NCBI GenBank assembly: GCA_964590575.1 | Contig: CAZPWM010000007.1 | Location: 1-56,048 of the forward strand | Source: an uncultured archaeon | Lineage (GTDB): Archaea > Asgardarchaeota > Thorarchaeia > Thorarchaeales > Thorarchaeaceae | Length of the DNA: 56,048 nt | Reading direction: 5' to 3' | Part shown: one piece after another, positions 46,647 through 56,048 of the stretch | Position numbering within the stretch: the first letter of the stretch is position 1 | Layout: every line of letters begins with the position of its first letter | Program-made: the position numbers and the translations under genes | Notes under the pieces: generated by a model | Databases searched by the model: none | Told to the model about the DNA's origin: nothing | Seen by the model: the letters and a program-made list of their open reading frames with translations, nothing else

Positions 46647-48509
46647 TCAGGTTTTACCAGCGCTCTTCTTTCTAAGAAGAATCACTAAGACTACAACAAC
46701 TGCGACACCAGCAATCCCAACTCCAGCTAGTATCATAGCTATGTTGTCTCCTCCTGTTGGTTCAGTCGATGTAGTTGTCGTTGTAGACGTAGTTGCGTGC
46801 TGAATTGAAAATGTCACTGAGATTGTTTCGGATCTAACTCCCCCATCTGCTGAAGCAATAACTTTGACAACATAGTTGTCACCATTGTCTAGACCAGAAA
46901 TATCCCATAAATAGCTATTATCAGTTCGCAGAGAAACGAGAGCGTCCCAACTAGAACCTCCATCCGAAGAGTAATGCAGAGAATAGCTCACACTGAATCC
47001 CCACGAATCCACAGCAGAGTCCCACTCAATCATCAGACTTGTATCGAACGGTCCCGAACTGGAGGGTGACGTAATGGTGGGGTCCGAAAGAGTGTGTGCA
47101 ATTAGAGCGAACTCTCCATCTGAGTCATCTGATACAGATAATCCCTCTGAGCATTCAGCAACTATACGAATAAGATAATGATCCGTCTTCACTTCTGAAG
47201 TTGTGTTCCACTCATACTGAGTAGCAGTCAAATTCCCAACGAGTTTCACCCAATCTACTCCCGAATTGAGTGAGAACTGGATCGAATAATTGACTGTATG
47301 ACCAACTGAATCATAACATGCGGTCCACCGCACAGTGACAGAGTCAGCAATCGACTCACCTCCATTTGGGTATATCACAGTCATGGGCGTCATATAGTGA
47401 AACTCTGGTGGGTTTGTAGGATGAGTCAAAGGATACGGATCGTCATTCATTACCGCTCCCTCAAGCATATATGGAATGTCCACAATCTGGTCAAAATCAT
47501 CATCAGGAGTGGTCCAATCACTCCAGTAGTTATACAATACATTCACCAATGCTGCATCAAAAGCCTGAGATGTTCCTCCAATGTTATTGCCAATGAATGT
47601 ATTCCACTTGATTGTATTATTACCTGAAGAGATCTCCACGTAGAACCCGTGTTCTGTTGAGTTAGCTATTGTATTGTTGAGGATGCTGTTCTGATGTGCA
47701 CCATGGGAAAGATGTATTCCACATGTATTGGGATTCACGTCAGCTGGGTCAAAGATGCTGTTGAATGTAATTTCGTTTAAGCTGGATTGATTGGATATCC
47801 AGATTGCATTGTCATTACCGAACAAGGTGTTTCCAATGACCTGGCTACTATTAGTGTTCCTCAACCATATTCCCAGTTCGTCATCATAGACTGTGTTATT
47901 CCAAATGTCAAGGTCTGTAGAAGAATTAGCCCAAATGCCATTGTATGTATTTTGATGCATTTCATTATGATGGATTTTTACATTGGTTGATGAGTTTACT
48001 CTAATTCCACTCTCTGACGAATCCCACACCCTATTATTCGTGACATTTATCCCCAGACAACCTGTGTCTATAAATATCCCGTGTCTATTATACACTGCAG
48101 TGTTATCGTAAACCAATCCATTTTTCGCATTTCTAATATAGATGGCGTCTAGTGATGATGTAATGCTATTAAGATAGTTATTCTGGATTACAAAGTACGC
48201 TTCAGTATTTTCAATCACTATCAATTCAAAGTTGCTATCCGTGATGCTATAGCCCTCAATCCTGAATGGCGTGTTTTCATCTCCTGTTCCTGGAAATCCA
48301 TATGCGCTGAAATCGCTATCACTAAGAATGGAGATAGGACCTCTAGCCGTATATGCTGCTTGGAATCCTGTATCTTCTTTTATTATTTGAACAGACTCCC
48401 CTATTTGAGGGACTCCTGTTGTTATCTCCCCAATTGTGCAATATGTTACGATAGATAGTAACAGGATTACACCAAACCACGCGACCTTTCTCAACTCAGT
48501 CTTCACCAA
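46647..48509 (-). CDS. Surface protein paralog: beta-helix + 2 Ig/FN3-like domains + Thr-rich linker + TM anchor
   Basis: GTGDENTPF, NYWSDW, YPNGGE, ATTSTTTTTST, TM helix plus RKK. Confidence 0.82.
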   Translation of the reverse strand: MVKTELRKVAWFGVILLLSIVTYCTIGEITTGVPQIGESVQIIKEDTGFQAAYTARGPISILSDSDFSAYGFPGTGDENTPFRIEGYSITDSNFELIVIENTEAYFVIQNNYLNSITSSLDAIYIRNAKNGLVYDNTAVYNRHGIFIDTGCLGINVTNNRVWDSSESGIRVNSSTNVKIHHNEMHQNTYNGIWANSSTDLDIWNNTVYDDELGIWLRNTNSSQVIGNTLFGNDNAIWISNQSSLNEITFNSIFDPADVNPNTCGIHLSHGAHQNSILNNTIANSTEHGFYVEISSGNNTIKWNTFIGNNIGGTSQAFDAALVNVLYNYWSDWTTPDDDFDQIVDIPYMLEGAVMNDDPYPLTHPTNPPEFHYMTPMTVIYPNGGESIADSVTVRWTACYDSVGHTVNYSIQFSLNSGVDWVKLVGNLTATQYEWNTTSEVKTDHYLIRIVAECSEGLSVSDDSDGEFALIAHTLSDPTITSPSSSGPFDTSLMIEWDSAVDSWGFSVSYSLHYSSDGGSSWDALVSLRTDNSYLWDISGLDNGDNYVVKVIASADGGVRSETISVTFSIQHATTSTTTTTSTEPTGGDNIAMILAGVGIAGVAVVVVLVILLRKKSAGKT

Positions 48510-48637
48510 CTAGTTGTAATTATGTATACTATCTCTTTGATTTTATTAAGTTTAATGATTTTTGGAAAATCATATGTAAACGAGCATGCTCCTAATCATC
48601 CACGGAAAGCACTATATTAGATTCAGAAACTGCACGC

Positions 48638-48703
48638 ATCGGCGAAATCTTCGAGGTCTGGCACGAACTCTGGGGCGAGTAGGACGAACTGAAGATCTTC
48701 TAA
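48638..48703 (+). repeat. Direct repeat copy 2 (displaced, degenerate mutase 3' end)
   Basis: Translates [20 protein letters not shown], versus [21 protein letters not shown] in the intact gene. Confidence 0.9.
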
Positions 48704-48721
48704 CAGCAGGATGCATCGATT

Positions 48722-49180
48722 CTAGGATTCTGTGGAATGCGGGAATTGTTTTCCGCAATTTTGGCAAAGGAACATTTCCTTCTCTGCAGTCAACTCATAT
48801 ACATAAACCGCACCGCAATGTGGACATTCTCTTTGAGATTTCGGTATGCTAGGTCCAAACCATTCTGGGATTGAAAGGACTTCACATCCCCAGAGTGAGC
48901 CATTTATGATATCTGTTTTGTTGAAGATTCTCACTGTAGCATTCATCCACCTGAACATATTGATGAGGGTAGTTAAGCTGTTGTTCACTCTACTGTCTAG
49001 ATAACCGATGTAATAGATACCTACAGTAATTCCTGAGAGGTCCGTCTGAGACTGAGCAATCGAGTGATTAGTACATGTATTCATTTCAACCCGAGATTCA
49101 GAAACACAGATTGGCATTGTTCCAAGTATAAGCACGATGAGCGCAATTACAATAATTGCAGATTTTTTCTTCAGCACCAT
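48722..49180 (-). CDS. Probable chimeric/truncated gene: secreted BPL-N/glutamine-amidotransferase-like N-terminus fused to a zinc ribbon
   Basis: Signal peptide, DLSGITVGIY...MFRWMNATV...LSIPE, then an abrupt switch to CPHCG...CQNCG. Confidence 0.45.
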   Translation of the reverse strand: MVLKKKSAIIVIALIVLILGTMPICVSESRVEMNTCTNHSIAQSQTDLSGITVGIYYIGYLDSRVNNSLTTLINMFRWMNATVRIFNKTDIINGSLWGCEVLSIPEWFGPSIPKSQRECPHCGAVYVYELTAEKEMFLCQNCGKQFPHSTES

Positions 49181-49307
49181 TATCCGTCCTTAGAATTGTC
49201 GGTGAAAATAATCAGTATCAATATAGAATAGGACTAGTGTTTGGCACAAGTTTTGCTCTGTTGGTCTAGGTTATATCCAGAAAACTCTAACAAATCTTGG
49301 TCATACT

Positions 49308-50564
49308 ATGAGCGAATCCAAAATCTGTTCCGGATATTTGGGTTTGATGTTTGTAATGCTGCTTCTGTTCTCATCATTCACAAATACTGTATATGCCTCA
49401 GAATCATCATGTCCCATAGCATATGATGCGGCATCACGTGACTATTGGCCCACTGAGGGCTGGATGAACTCCACTCCTGAGGACCAAGGAATGGACTCTG
49501 TTCGACTTCAACAGATGATTGACCATATTATGGATGAGGACTTGGATATCCATTCGGTGATTGTGATTCGTCATGGATATGTAGTTCTCGAAGAGAATCC
49601 TAACCTATGGCAAGGACAAAGCCGAACGCAAGGAATTGATGGAACACACTATCTCTATTCTGTCACTAAGAGTTTCACCTCTAGTTTAATTGGGCTTGCT
49701 ATTGACAACGGATATATTGACAACACGAGCCAGACACTCCTCTCTTTCTTCCCTAATCGCACAGTTGCAAACATTGACGAAGCAAAAGAGCAAATCACAT
49801 TGAGAGACCTACTTACAATGCGCTCTGGACTACCCTGGGATGAAACAAGTGCACCATTCACCTCTCCTGAAAATGACGTCTATCAGGTTAGTAACAACCT
49901 GAGTGGTGGTGTTCAGTATGTCTTGGATAGGCCCATGGAATATGAACCTGACGAGGTTTTCCACTACAACACCGGCGCATCCCACCTTCTCTCAGGTATT
50001 GTCCAAGAAATCACAAACATGACCTCACTGGACTTCGCAGCTGAGTACCTCTTCACCCCTCTGGGCATTGATAGTTACTACTGGTTGGCGGATAGACAAG
50101 GTGTTAACTTCGGAGGATATGATCTTCTACTACGACCTCTTGACATAGCCAAATTCGGCTACTTGTTCCTGAATAATGGTACATGGGATGGCGAACAGGT
50201 GATCTCATCAAGCTGGGTGAATGAATCAACAACCACGGTCACCACGTTGAGTGCTGATAGAGGATATGCCTACCAATGGTGGACTATGCCGGATCTTGGA
50301 GTCTATTTTGCAGCTGGATTGTACGGTCAGTACATCTTTGTATCCCCTGAACATGATCTTGTTGCTGTCTTTACATCAGGATACAGCATAGGTGATACTG
50401 ATGAGAACCCATCGATGTTCCGTAACTTCATTCTTGATGCTGTCCTTGGTGATCAGTCAGGCTTGCCTCTAGAGGTGATTCTTCCCATTTTAGCAATTTT
50501 TGCTATAGTGTCGTTGGTGGGTTTTGTCAAAATTCGATCGCAATCCAATTCCTCGCAGATATAG
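49308..50564 (+). CDS. Membrane-anchored serine hydrolase (beta-lactamase class C/AmpC-like family)
   Basis: YSVTKS (SxxK), LLTMRSG, FHYN, YQWW and AAGLYGQ motifs; signal peptide and C-terminal TM helix. Confidence 0.88.
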   Translation: MSESKICSGYLGLMFVMLLLFSSFTNTVYASESSCPIAYDAASRDYWPTEGWMNSTPEDQGMDSVRLQQMIDHIMDEDLDIHSVIVIRHGYVVLEENPNLWQGQSRTQGIDGTHYLYSVTKSFTSSLIGLAIDNGYIDNTSQTLLSFFPNRTVANIDEAKEQITLRDLLTMRSGLPWDETSAPFTSPENDVYQVSNNLSGGVQYVLDRPMEYEPDEVFHYNTGASHLLSGIVQEITNMTSLDFAAEYLFTPLGIDSYYWLADRQGVNFGGYDLLLRPLDIAKFGYLFLNNGTWDGEQVISSSWVNESTTTVTTLSADRGYAYQWWTMPDLGVYFAAGLYGQYIFVSPEHDLVAVFTSGYSIGDTDENPSMFRNFILDAVLGDQSGLPLEVILPILAIFAIVSLVGFVKIRSQSNSSQI

Positions 50565-50566
50565 AT

Positions 50567-51448
50567 TTACTCGTAGTCGTTGAGCGATGGTTCATCCTCT
50601 ACAAATTCACTGGGCACTCCTAGAGTATCGAAGAACTTCCGCACTGTGATGCATGCGAATTTCTCCGTAGAGTAGTGTGTGGCTGCTATCACATTGATGT
50701 GATTATCTCGACAAATCTTATGAAATCTGAGAGAGGGCTCATAGTCTGGATTTTTCCTTGTGACTCCAGTGATATAGGTCTTGACATCTGTTTCAGCTAG
50801 TTCCTCAGCTATCTCGGGATAGTTACCTCCTCCAGCCACGAGGGCCACCTTCTTATTGGATATCTCTGATGCGCCGTAACCCCAAACCTTCACCATGTGA
50901 TTGACAAGATCCTTGACTTTCTCAGACATCTCAGACAATGATTTACAATGAGTCTTTCCAATTATACCAACCTTGACGCCAAAATAATCAAAGAACTCCC
51001 TCTCTGTTTCAATCTCCAGAGCTCTAGCTAAGGATACCGTGGTACTATACGGACCGTTTCTGTCCAGAGGAACATGGATTGAATAGTAAGAAATTTCTCT
51101 CTCTTTTAGCTTTTCCAAATACTTCATGGGAATGTTCCTGAACGGAAAACCACCGTGGCTTGTGTCCCATATCATCGGATGATGGGTAAAGAGGAGGACA
51201 TTCCTCTCTCCAGAAGACAAAATAGTATCAAGCACACGTTCACTGGGAAACACGGCGGTGTAAACTTTCTGTATCTCTTTTGAATTGTCTAGTACTAAAC
51301 CCTTCCAAGTTTTCTTGAAACCCTCCGTGATGTGTTCCCCTAGGTCTAATGAACTCCACTCATCCTCACTGAGCTTGTCAAGTTCAAATTCTTTATCCAC
51401 GCTCTCGTATAGCTTTTTCGCTTTCAAATCAACGACACTCTCTACCAC
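50567..51448 (-). CDS. Nif3-like dinuclear metal-binding protein
   Basis: FTHHP, HVPLD, YITG and ATHYSTE motifs. Confidence 0.85.
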   Translation of the reverse strand: MVESVVDLKAKKLYESVDKEFELDKLSEDEWSSLDLGEHITEGFKKTWKGLVLDNSKEIQKVYTAVFPSERVLDTILSSGERNVLLFTHHPMIWDTSHGGFPFRNIPMKYLEKLKEREISYYSIHVPLDRNGPYSTTVSLARALEIETEREFFDYFGVKVGIIGKTHCKSLSEMSEKVKDLVNHMVKVWGYGASEISNKKVALVAGGGNYPEIAEELAETDVKTYITGVTRKNPDYEPSLRFHKICRDNHINVIAATHYSTEKFACITVRKFFDTLGVPSEFVEDEPSLNDYE

Positions 51449-51972
51449 TTGACTATCTCATAGAGAACACGATTTTCGAACTTCCCACTTTCGAGATCCG
51501 TTAAGAATTGTGACTTGTTGCAGGTTTTTGTTTCGATATGTAATTTCAGCGTTTCAAGATTCCATTGAGATAATTCAGTCTTCTTAACCTCTCCAAATCC
51601 ATCAAAGTACAACATGTACATCTTCTTCACTTTTTCATTGTCAAAGACCATTCGGATAAAAGTGGCCATATCTTCAAGGTCATCTTCTGGAATTATGTAG
51701 TGATGTCCAAGGTAAATGATGCCATCCGCTTGTCCTTTCAATTCTTGGAGAAGATCAGATGCTGGACCACAGATTGTACATGATCCGGGTGAAAATGGTT
51801 CAGTCCTTTTGGTTAGTTTCAGAAAGAATGGGTATTGATCTGGTGTATATGTTGTGATCACTTTTCGGATTGGTTGTTCAATTGATTGCCTATCGCGCTC
51901 ACTCCATTGACCTTGACCGTATATTAACACACAGAAGTGCTCGTATGCTCCCTTCTTCTGTTTCCTTGCCAT
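51442..51972 (-). CDS. Hypothetical protein
   Basis: 176-aa ORF overlapping the nif3 start; no motif recognised. Confidence 0.6.
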   Translation of the reverse strand: MARKQKKGAYEHFCVLIYGQGQWSERDRQSIEQPIRKVITTYTPDQYPFFLKLTKRTEPFSPGSCTICGPASDLLQELKGQADGIIYLGHHYIIPEDDLEDMATFIRMVFDNEKVKKMYMLYFDGFGEVKKTELSQWNLETLKLHIETKTCNKSQFLTDLESGKFENRVLYEIVKW

Positions 51973-52074
51973 GTCTGAGTACCCTGTATTTTTGACAGCG
52001 CCGCATCATATTAGTATTCGTTATCGAAAATATCATTGGTACTAAAGAAAATGAAAAGAGTTTAAGCAACCCCG

Positions 52075-52554
52075 ATGAAGAGGATGTTGATGACGCGTTA
52101 TCAAAGAGTAGAGGGAAACTGGATTTCGTTCACATGTATTTTTGGGCTGTTCTTGATTATCTATATGCTACTATTCGCTAATAATCTTCTCATAATATCA
52201 ACCATTGGAGAAATTGCATACTTCCTTGTCAACATCGCAGTAATAGCTCTCTTCTTTATTCCATGGATGTTTCTTCCTCCCATCTTCTGGAAAAACAGAT
52301 GGTTCTTGCGCATAACACCGGAGGGTATCACAGACTTTGCCTTTGGATACAAACGATTCTATCCTTTGAGATTAATCATAAATTACGAGGTTTCTCCTAC
52401 CCGAAGAGATGCGACGGGTGGATACAGATACGATCTTATTCTAAAACTGGAGAGTAAGACCGTTCATCTACAGCTTGACAAATATGGCATCAATACCGGA
52501 AGTGAAATCACGCAGTTCGAGGAGGAAATAAGAACCTTACTACTAGTTAATTGA
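52075..52554 (+). CDS. Hypothetical membrane protein (2 TM + beta-rich domain)
   Basis: Two hydrophobic helices, then LRITPEGI. Confidence 0.65.
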   Translation: MKRMLMTRYQRVEGNWISFTCIFGLFLIIYMLLFANNLLIISTIGEIAYFLVNIAVIALFFIPWMFLPPIFWKNRWFLRITPEGITDFAFGYKRFYPLRLIINYEVSPTRRDATGGYRYDLILKLESKTVHLQLDKYGINTGSEITQFEEEIRTLLLVN

Positions 52555-52827
52555 AGTCAGCTCTGGGTTTCTCGACCAACCGCGTTTTCCAAAGAATTCC
52601 ACTAACATTACCAAACCTCTTTCTTCCATATTCTCTAAGTAGTTCTTGAATTCTTCACGCGTAATAACGAGACCTTTCGTGATGTGCAGAAATTTCTCGT
52701 AGAGTGTATCTTCGAATTCTATTATAGAATGACCAAAAGAGAGCAGTATTGTATCCTCAATCATTGGCGGTACTGTGCTAAGCACAATCTGTTCGCCATC
52801 AGGGGTTTCTACTATGCGTGCGTTCAA
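52543..52827 (-). CDS. Small hypothetical protein, winged-helix-like
   Basis: ITREEFKNYLENMEERGLV. Confidence 0.6.
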   Translation of the reverse strand: MNARIVETPDGEQIVLSTVPPMIEDTILLSFGHSIIEFEDTLYEKFLHITKGLVITREEFKNYLENMEERGLVMLVEFFGKRGWSRNPELTSIN

Positions 52828-52969
52828 TCATAACACCTGAACAAAACTAACGATAATTCATTATATAATGACCATGAAGCACAATTGAAAAACACATTTG
52901 AAATCGGCATTCATAGACTTTTAAATCCAAAATTACTCTTTATTAAAGTTCGAAAGAGTTCGAAAAGAG

Positions 52970-54145
52970 CTACACTATCACTATTCTCCTCTTCTGTTTT
53001 CTCACACCTTCTGGCCAGTCTTCAATCGCTTGGCTTAGGGTCGTTGTTAGTTCTATTTTGTCAATTGGAAAATCTGTCAGTGATTTGCACTCAAAAAGAG
53101 GTGTGACATCGAGAGATATTAGTTCGTTATCGTCTAGTTTCAGACACTCTAGTTTTATACAGTTCTTCAAGGGAGATAGCTCGACCTCTCTGAGACCCAT
53201 TCCATCTATAGTTAGTATTTTCAAATCCGTGCACTCTGATAATGGGCTCAGGTCGATTTCTAAAGTTTTGTTTATTCCAATGTTTAGTGCATCTAGCTTG
53301 ATGCATGAAGCGAGTGGTGTAAGATCTAAAGACTCAAGATCATTGTCTGTTAGGTCGAGATACTCCAGATTCGGGCAGGATGCCAAGGGGGAGAGATCTA
53401 TTGTTTCTAGGTGATTCATGTAAAGAATTAGCTCCTTGATGCGAGTACTCCCTGCCAGAGGTGATAGGTCGATTGTCGTGAGTTGATTCAGACCAAGATT
53501 GATTCTGGTAAGTTTGTGAAGGTTGTGGATTTCTTCTAAATGGACCTCTATTAGGTTGAAATGTTCTGCTTCCAAGACCGTTTTACCGCCAGTTGCAGGA
53601 ATCTTTTTCGGGAGTTCTTGTTCTTTCAGTTCAAGACGAGGGTTTCTAATTCGATACCAAATCATATAGACTATAGCAGGAATACAACCCCCAATCTTGA
53701 CTCCTTCTATAAACACAGACATGGTATTAGCTCCAGTGAGTACACCTAATACTGTCACTGTGCTGCAAACCAGAGTACACGACACAAGCAGGGAAACTAC
53801 GAATCCCTTTGGAGAATAGAACTTGAACTTGGTGAGTTCAGAATCTTCTAGGTCTGATGACTTCGTTGATTTGTCTTGTTTGTCTTTGTAAAGATGGTAC
53901 TCGTACTCGAGGTATGCGATTGAAAGAACCAGTCCTGATGCGCCACCGACGAAGGTCAATACAGTCCAAAAAAGTTTCTGCAATAGCGGAGTATCGAGAA
54001 AACCTAGAATGTTCCATGCGATAAAACCAATAATAAGACCTGAAACAAACCAAAGAATCTTCAAATTCTTCTTTGATGTCAAGCCTGGCATCTGAACATT
54101 CCCAATAATATGTGCTCCTGAAAGCCTATCTATCTTGCTCCCCAT
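52970..54145 (-). CDS. 4-TM membrane protein with C-terminal leucine-rich repeats
   Basis: Four hydrophobic helices, then 6-7 repeats of 23 aa, LxxLxLxxNxLxxIDLSPLxxC. Confidence 0.85.
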   Translation of the reverse strand: MGSKIDRLSGAHIIGNVQMPGLTSKKNLKILWFVSGLIIGFIAWNILGFLDTPLLQKLFWTVLTFVGGASGLVLSIAYLEYEYHLYKDKQDKSTKSSDLEDSELTKFKFYSPKGFVVSLLVSCTLVCSTVTVLGVLTGANTMSVFIEGVKIGGCIPAIVYMIWYRIRNPRLELKEQELPKKIPATGGKTVLEAEHFNLIEVHLEEIHNLHKLTRINLGLNQLTTIDLSPLAGSTRIKELILYMNHLETIDLSPLASCPNLEYLDLTDNDLESLDLTPLASCIKLDALNIGINKTLEIDLSPLSECTDLKILTIDGMGLREVELSPLKNCIKLECLKLDDNELISLDVTPLFECKSLTDFPIDKIELTTTLSQAIEDWPEGVRKQKRRIVIV

Positions 54146-54262
54146 GGCGATGTCTCAAATCTATTGTTAGCCGAATCCTATTTATGATGGATTTCTCCAG
54201 CAAAGTCTTGCTTTCGACAATTCATGATTCAGCCTTTCCGGCTGATAATGGAGGATTACTAG

Positions 54263-55783
54263 GTGAGCAATTACAATAAAGTCACGGATGAAGTTGTCAA
54301 GAAACTCAAAGCCATATGTGGCGAAGAGCATGTCACAACCAGTACACCGCTTCTTCATAGTTACATGGCTAGAGGTATCATGGGTCTTGAAGCAGTTCTC
54401 CCCGAGGTCGTTATTAGACCCTCAAATGCTGAGGAGGTTTCTAAAGTCCTCGTAGTAGCAAACGAGAACCTCACTCCAATTACACCAGCTGCAGGGGGTT
54501 TGAGCGGAGGATTCGCTCTTCCAGCAATTGAGCCCGGTGGTATTTTGATGGATCTGACCCGAATGAACAAGATGGAAGTTGACACACAAAACCGGGTCAT
54601 GGTTGTTGAACCAGGCGTTCGGTGTGGCGATGCTTGGCGTATCTTCAAGAAGAGATGGCCTGACTGGGCTCCGCCAATTCCTGATGGTGCTCCACCGGGA
54701 GCTACAATTCTCGGAGATGCAATAGAACGTGGGTTCTCACTTGTCACAGGTCGATATGGACCGCAAGCTGATATGATTATTGGTCTTGAGATAGTTTTGC
54801 CATCAGGTGAAACATTCAGAACAGGTTCATGGGCGCTCGATGATGCTAAGGCTTTCTACAGGTGGGGTGTAGGTCCAAATCCTGATGGTCTTTTCTTAGG
54901 TTCTCAAGGTTCTATGGGGATAATAACAAAGGTCGCAATCAAGATTGTTCCTCATCCACACTTCAAGACGATTGTTGCTTATGGTGGGGATAGTTGGGAA
55001 CACATCATCGAGCCCGCATGGGAAATTGGTAAACTGGAGATGGGTGTAGCTGAAAATACAGTGATGGTGCAAGGTGGTAATTGGCCTCTAGTGATGACAC
55101 GATGGCCTAAGACCAATGTTCCATTGGATTATGAATTCTACAAAAAAATCGGTATAGATGAGTATTGGATGAACAGTGAGGTTTGGGCACATTCTCAGGA
55201 AGAGCTAGACTTTGCGCTAAAGCGAATAGATGAAACCTACAAGGAATACGAAGTAAAGAAAAACACCAAGTGCCCTCAGCAGAGTCTGCATCCTAAACAG
55301 GTCGCATCTCGGCTTAAGAAACCAAATCTGATTGCAGTTCCTTATGGACTGTGGCAAGCAGGATTCCTTTTCATTACATGGTATTGTCCGTGGCTTGAGA
55401 GCTCGAAGATGATGGAAGAGTATTGTGCCGCCATGGAGAACTATGGATTTCCACCAGTCATGTGGGTTGCGTCAATTGACCATGCAAGACAGGCTATTGT
55501 GATGCCAATTCTATGTTTCGATAGCGATGAGAAAGGAATCTATGACAGAATCAGGGAATTCAACTTGGAAACCACAAAGAGTTTCTTGAAGCAGGGTTGG
55601 ATAAACTATAGACCTGATCCGTTTGTGCATGCTCCTGAAACCTTCAGAAAGGCAAAGAATTACTACAAGATGCTGGTCAAGTTCAGGAAGGTGCTTGATC
55701 CTAATCTAATCTTACATCCCGGGCGATTAGCCATCCCGTGGAGTTCAGTTACGGATTTACCGAATCCATTGGAGGAAGAGTAG
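54263..55783 (+). CDS. FAD-binding oxidoreductase (GlcD/vanillyl-alcohol oxidase family)
   Basis: PEVVIRP, DLTRMN, VEPGV, GLEIVLPSG, GSQGSMGIITK and DPNLILHPG motifs. Confidence 0.9.
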   Translation: MSNYNKVTDEVVKKLKAICGEEHVTTSTPLLHSYMARGIMGLEAVLPEVVIRPSNAEEVSKVLVVANENLTPITPAAGGLSGGFALPAIEPGGILMDLTRMNKMEVDTQNRVMVVEPGVRCGDAWRIFKKRWPDWAPPIPDGAPPGATILGDAIERGFSLVTGRYGPQADMIIGLEIVLPSGETFRTGSWALDDAKAFYRWGVGPNPDGLFLGSQGSMGIITKVAIKIVPHPHFKTIVAYGGDSWEHIIEPAWEIGKLEMGVAENTVMVQGGNWPLVMTRWPKTNVPLDYEFYKKIGIDEYWMNSEVWAHSQEELDFALKRIDETYKEYEVKKNTKCPQQSLHPKQVASRLKKPNLIAVPYGLWQAGFLFITWYCPWLESSKMMEEYCAAMENYGFPPVMWVASIDHARQAIVMPILCFDSDEKGIYDRIREFNLETTKSFLKQGWINYRPDPFVHAPETFRKAKNYYKMLVKFRKVLDPNLILHPGRLAIPWSSVTDLPNPLEEE

Positions 55784-55847
55784 AATATGAGAACATCTAC
55801 ACAACATAAGCTTCAAATTGTAACCAATTTAACAAGGAGTGATTGTC

Positions 55848-56048
55848 ATGACTAGTCTTGAAGAGCTTCGTAAAATCAATGCGCGATGTATTCACTGCCG
55901 AGCTTGCCAGTACGCGTATGCAAATGAACCAGACAGAGAGGGTGAGTCTGAGGAGTTCACTGGTATGCTTTTATCCTGTCCCTCAGGGAACATCTACGGT
56001 TGGGAGGGCTATTTCAACAGTGGAAGAATGTGGATAACTCGTGCATTT
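55848..56048 (+). CDS. Fe-S oxidoreductase subunit (GlcF/HdrD-like), 3' end outside window
   Basis: Manual translation MTSLEELRKINARCIHCRACQY...SCPS...SGRMWITRA; GGAGTGA RBS upstream. Confidence 0.8.
   Translation, partial: MTSLEELRKINARCIHCRACQYAYANEPDREGESEEFTGMLLSCPSGNIYGWEGYFNSGRMWITRAF

Noticed and set aside
44744-48509. Cassette as a provirus or autonomous mobile element
   Set aside because: No integrase, transposase, replication or capsid gene lies between the repeats; reported only as an integration scar.
48586-48852. 88-aa + strand ORF
   Set aside because: It spans the displaced mutase repeat out of frame and overlaps the minus-strand gene; likely spurious.
1-56048. CRISPR arrays, tRNA, rRNA and IS elements
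   Set aside because: No regularly spaced repeats, cloverleaf with T-loop consensus, rRNA-like tract or transposase motif recognised by eye. tRNAscan-SE and Rfam would be needed to exclude short or intron-containing RNAs.

Overview
Archaeal chromosomal DNA, most likely from an Asgard archaeon (Thorarchaeota-like). This is an inference from the combination of archaeal genes (POR/IOR, FwdDBA, Alba-like protein, stand-alone ThrRS editing domain, TrmB-like regulators) with eukaryotic signature proteins (Rab-type GTPase, gelsolin domain, longin+roadblock protein). Most of the window is metabolic: three 2-oxoacid oxidation systems, a B12-dependent acyl-CoA mutase with isobutyryl-CoA-mutase-type residues, and formylmethanofuran dehydrogenase subunits. 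The most unusual items are: (1) a 7-bladed FG-GAP/BBS2-like beta-propeller + Ig-like domain fused to a Rab-type GTPase; (2) three tandem TrmB-like regulators facing a hidden divergent mini-transcript (21-codon His/Gly-rich peptide or sRNA) with palindromic operators and its own terminator; (3) a ~110-nt kissing-loop structured RNA upstream of lplA-ahpD, in an E1a/E1b/E2 cluster that has no E3 in the window; (4) a 66-bp duplication of the mutase 3' end flanking two surface-protein genes; (5) an acpS/polysaccharide-deacetylase deletion scar, a degenerate Hef-like helicase and a four-repeat PC4/Whirly-like protein. I recognised no rRNA, tRNA, CRISPR array or transposase. All family calls come from motif recognition by eye, not from database searches.
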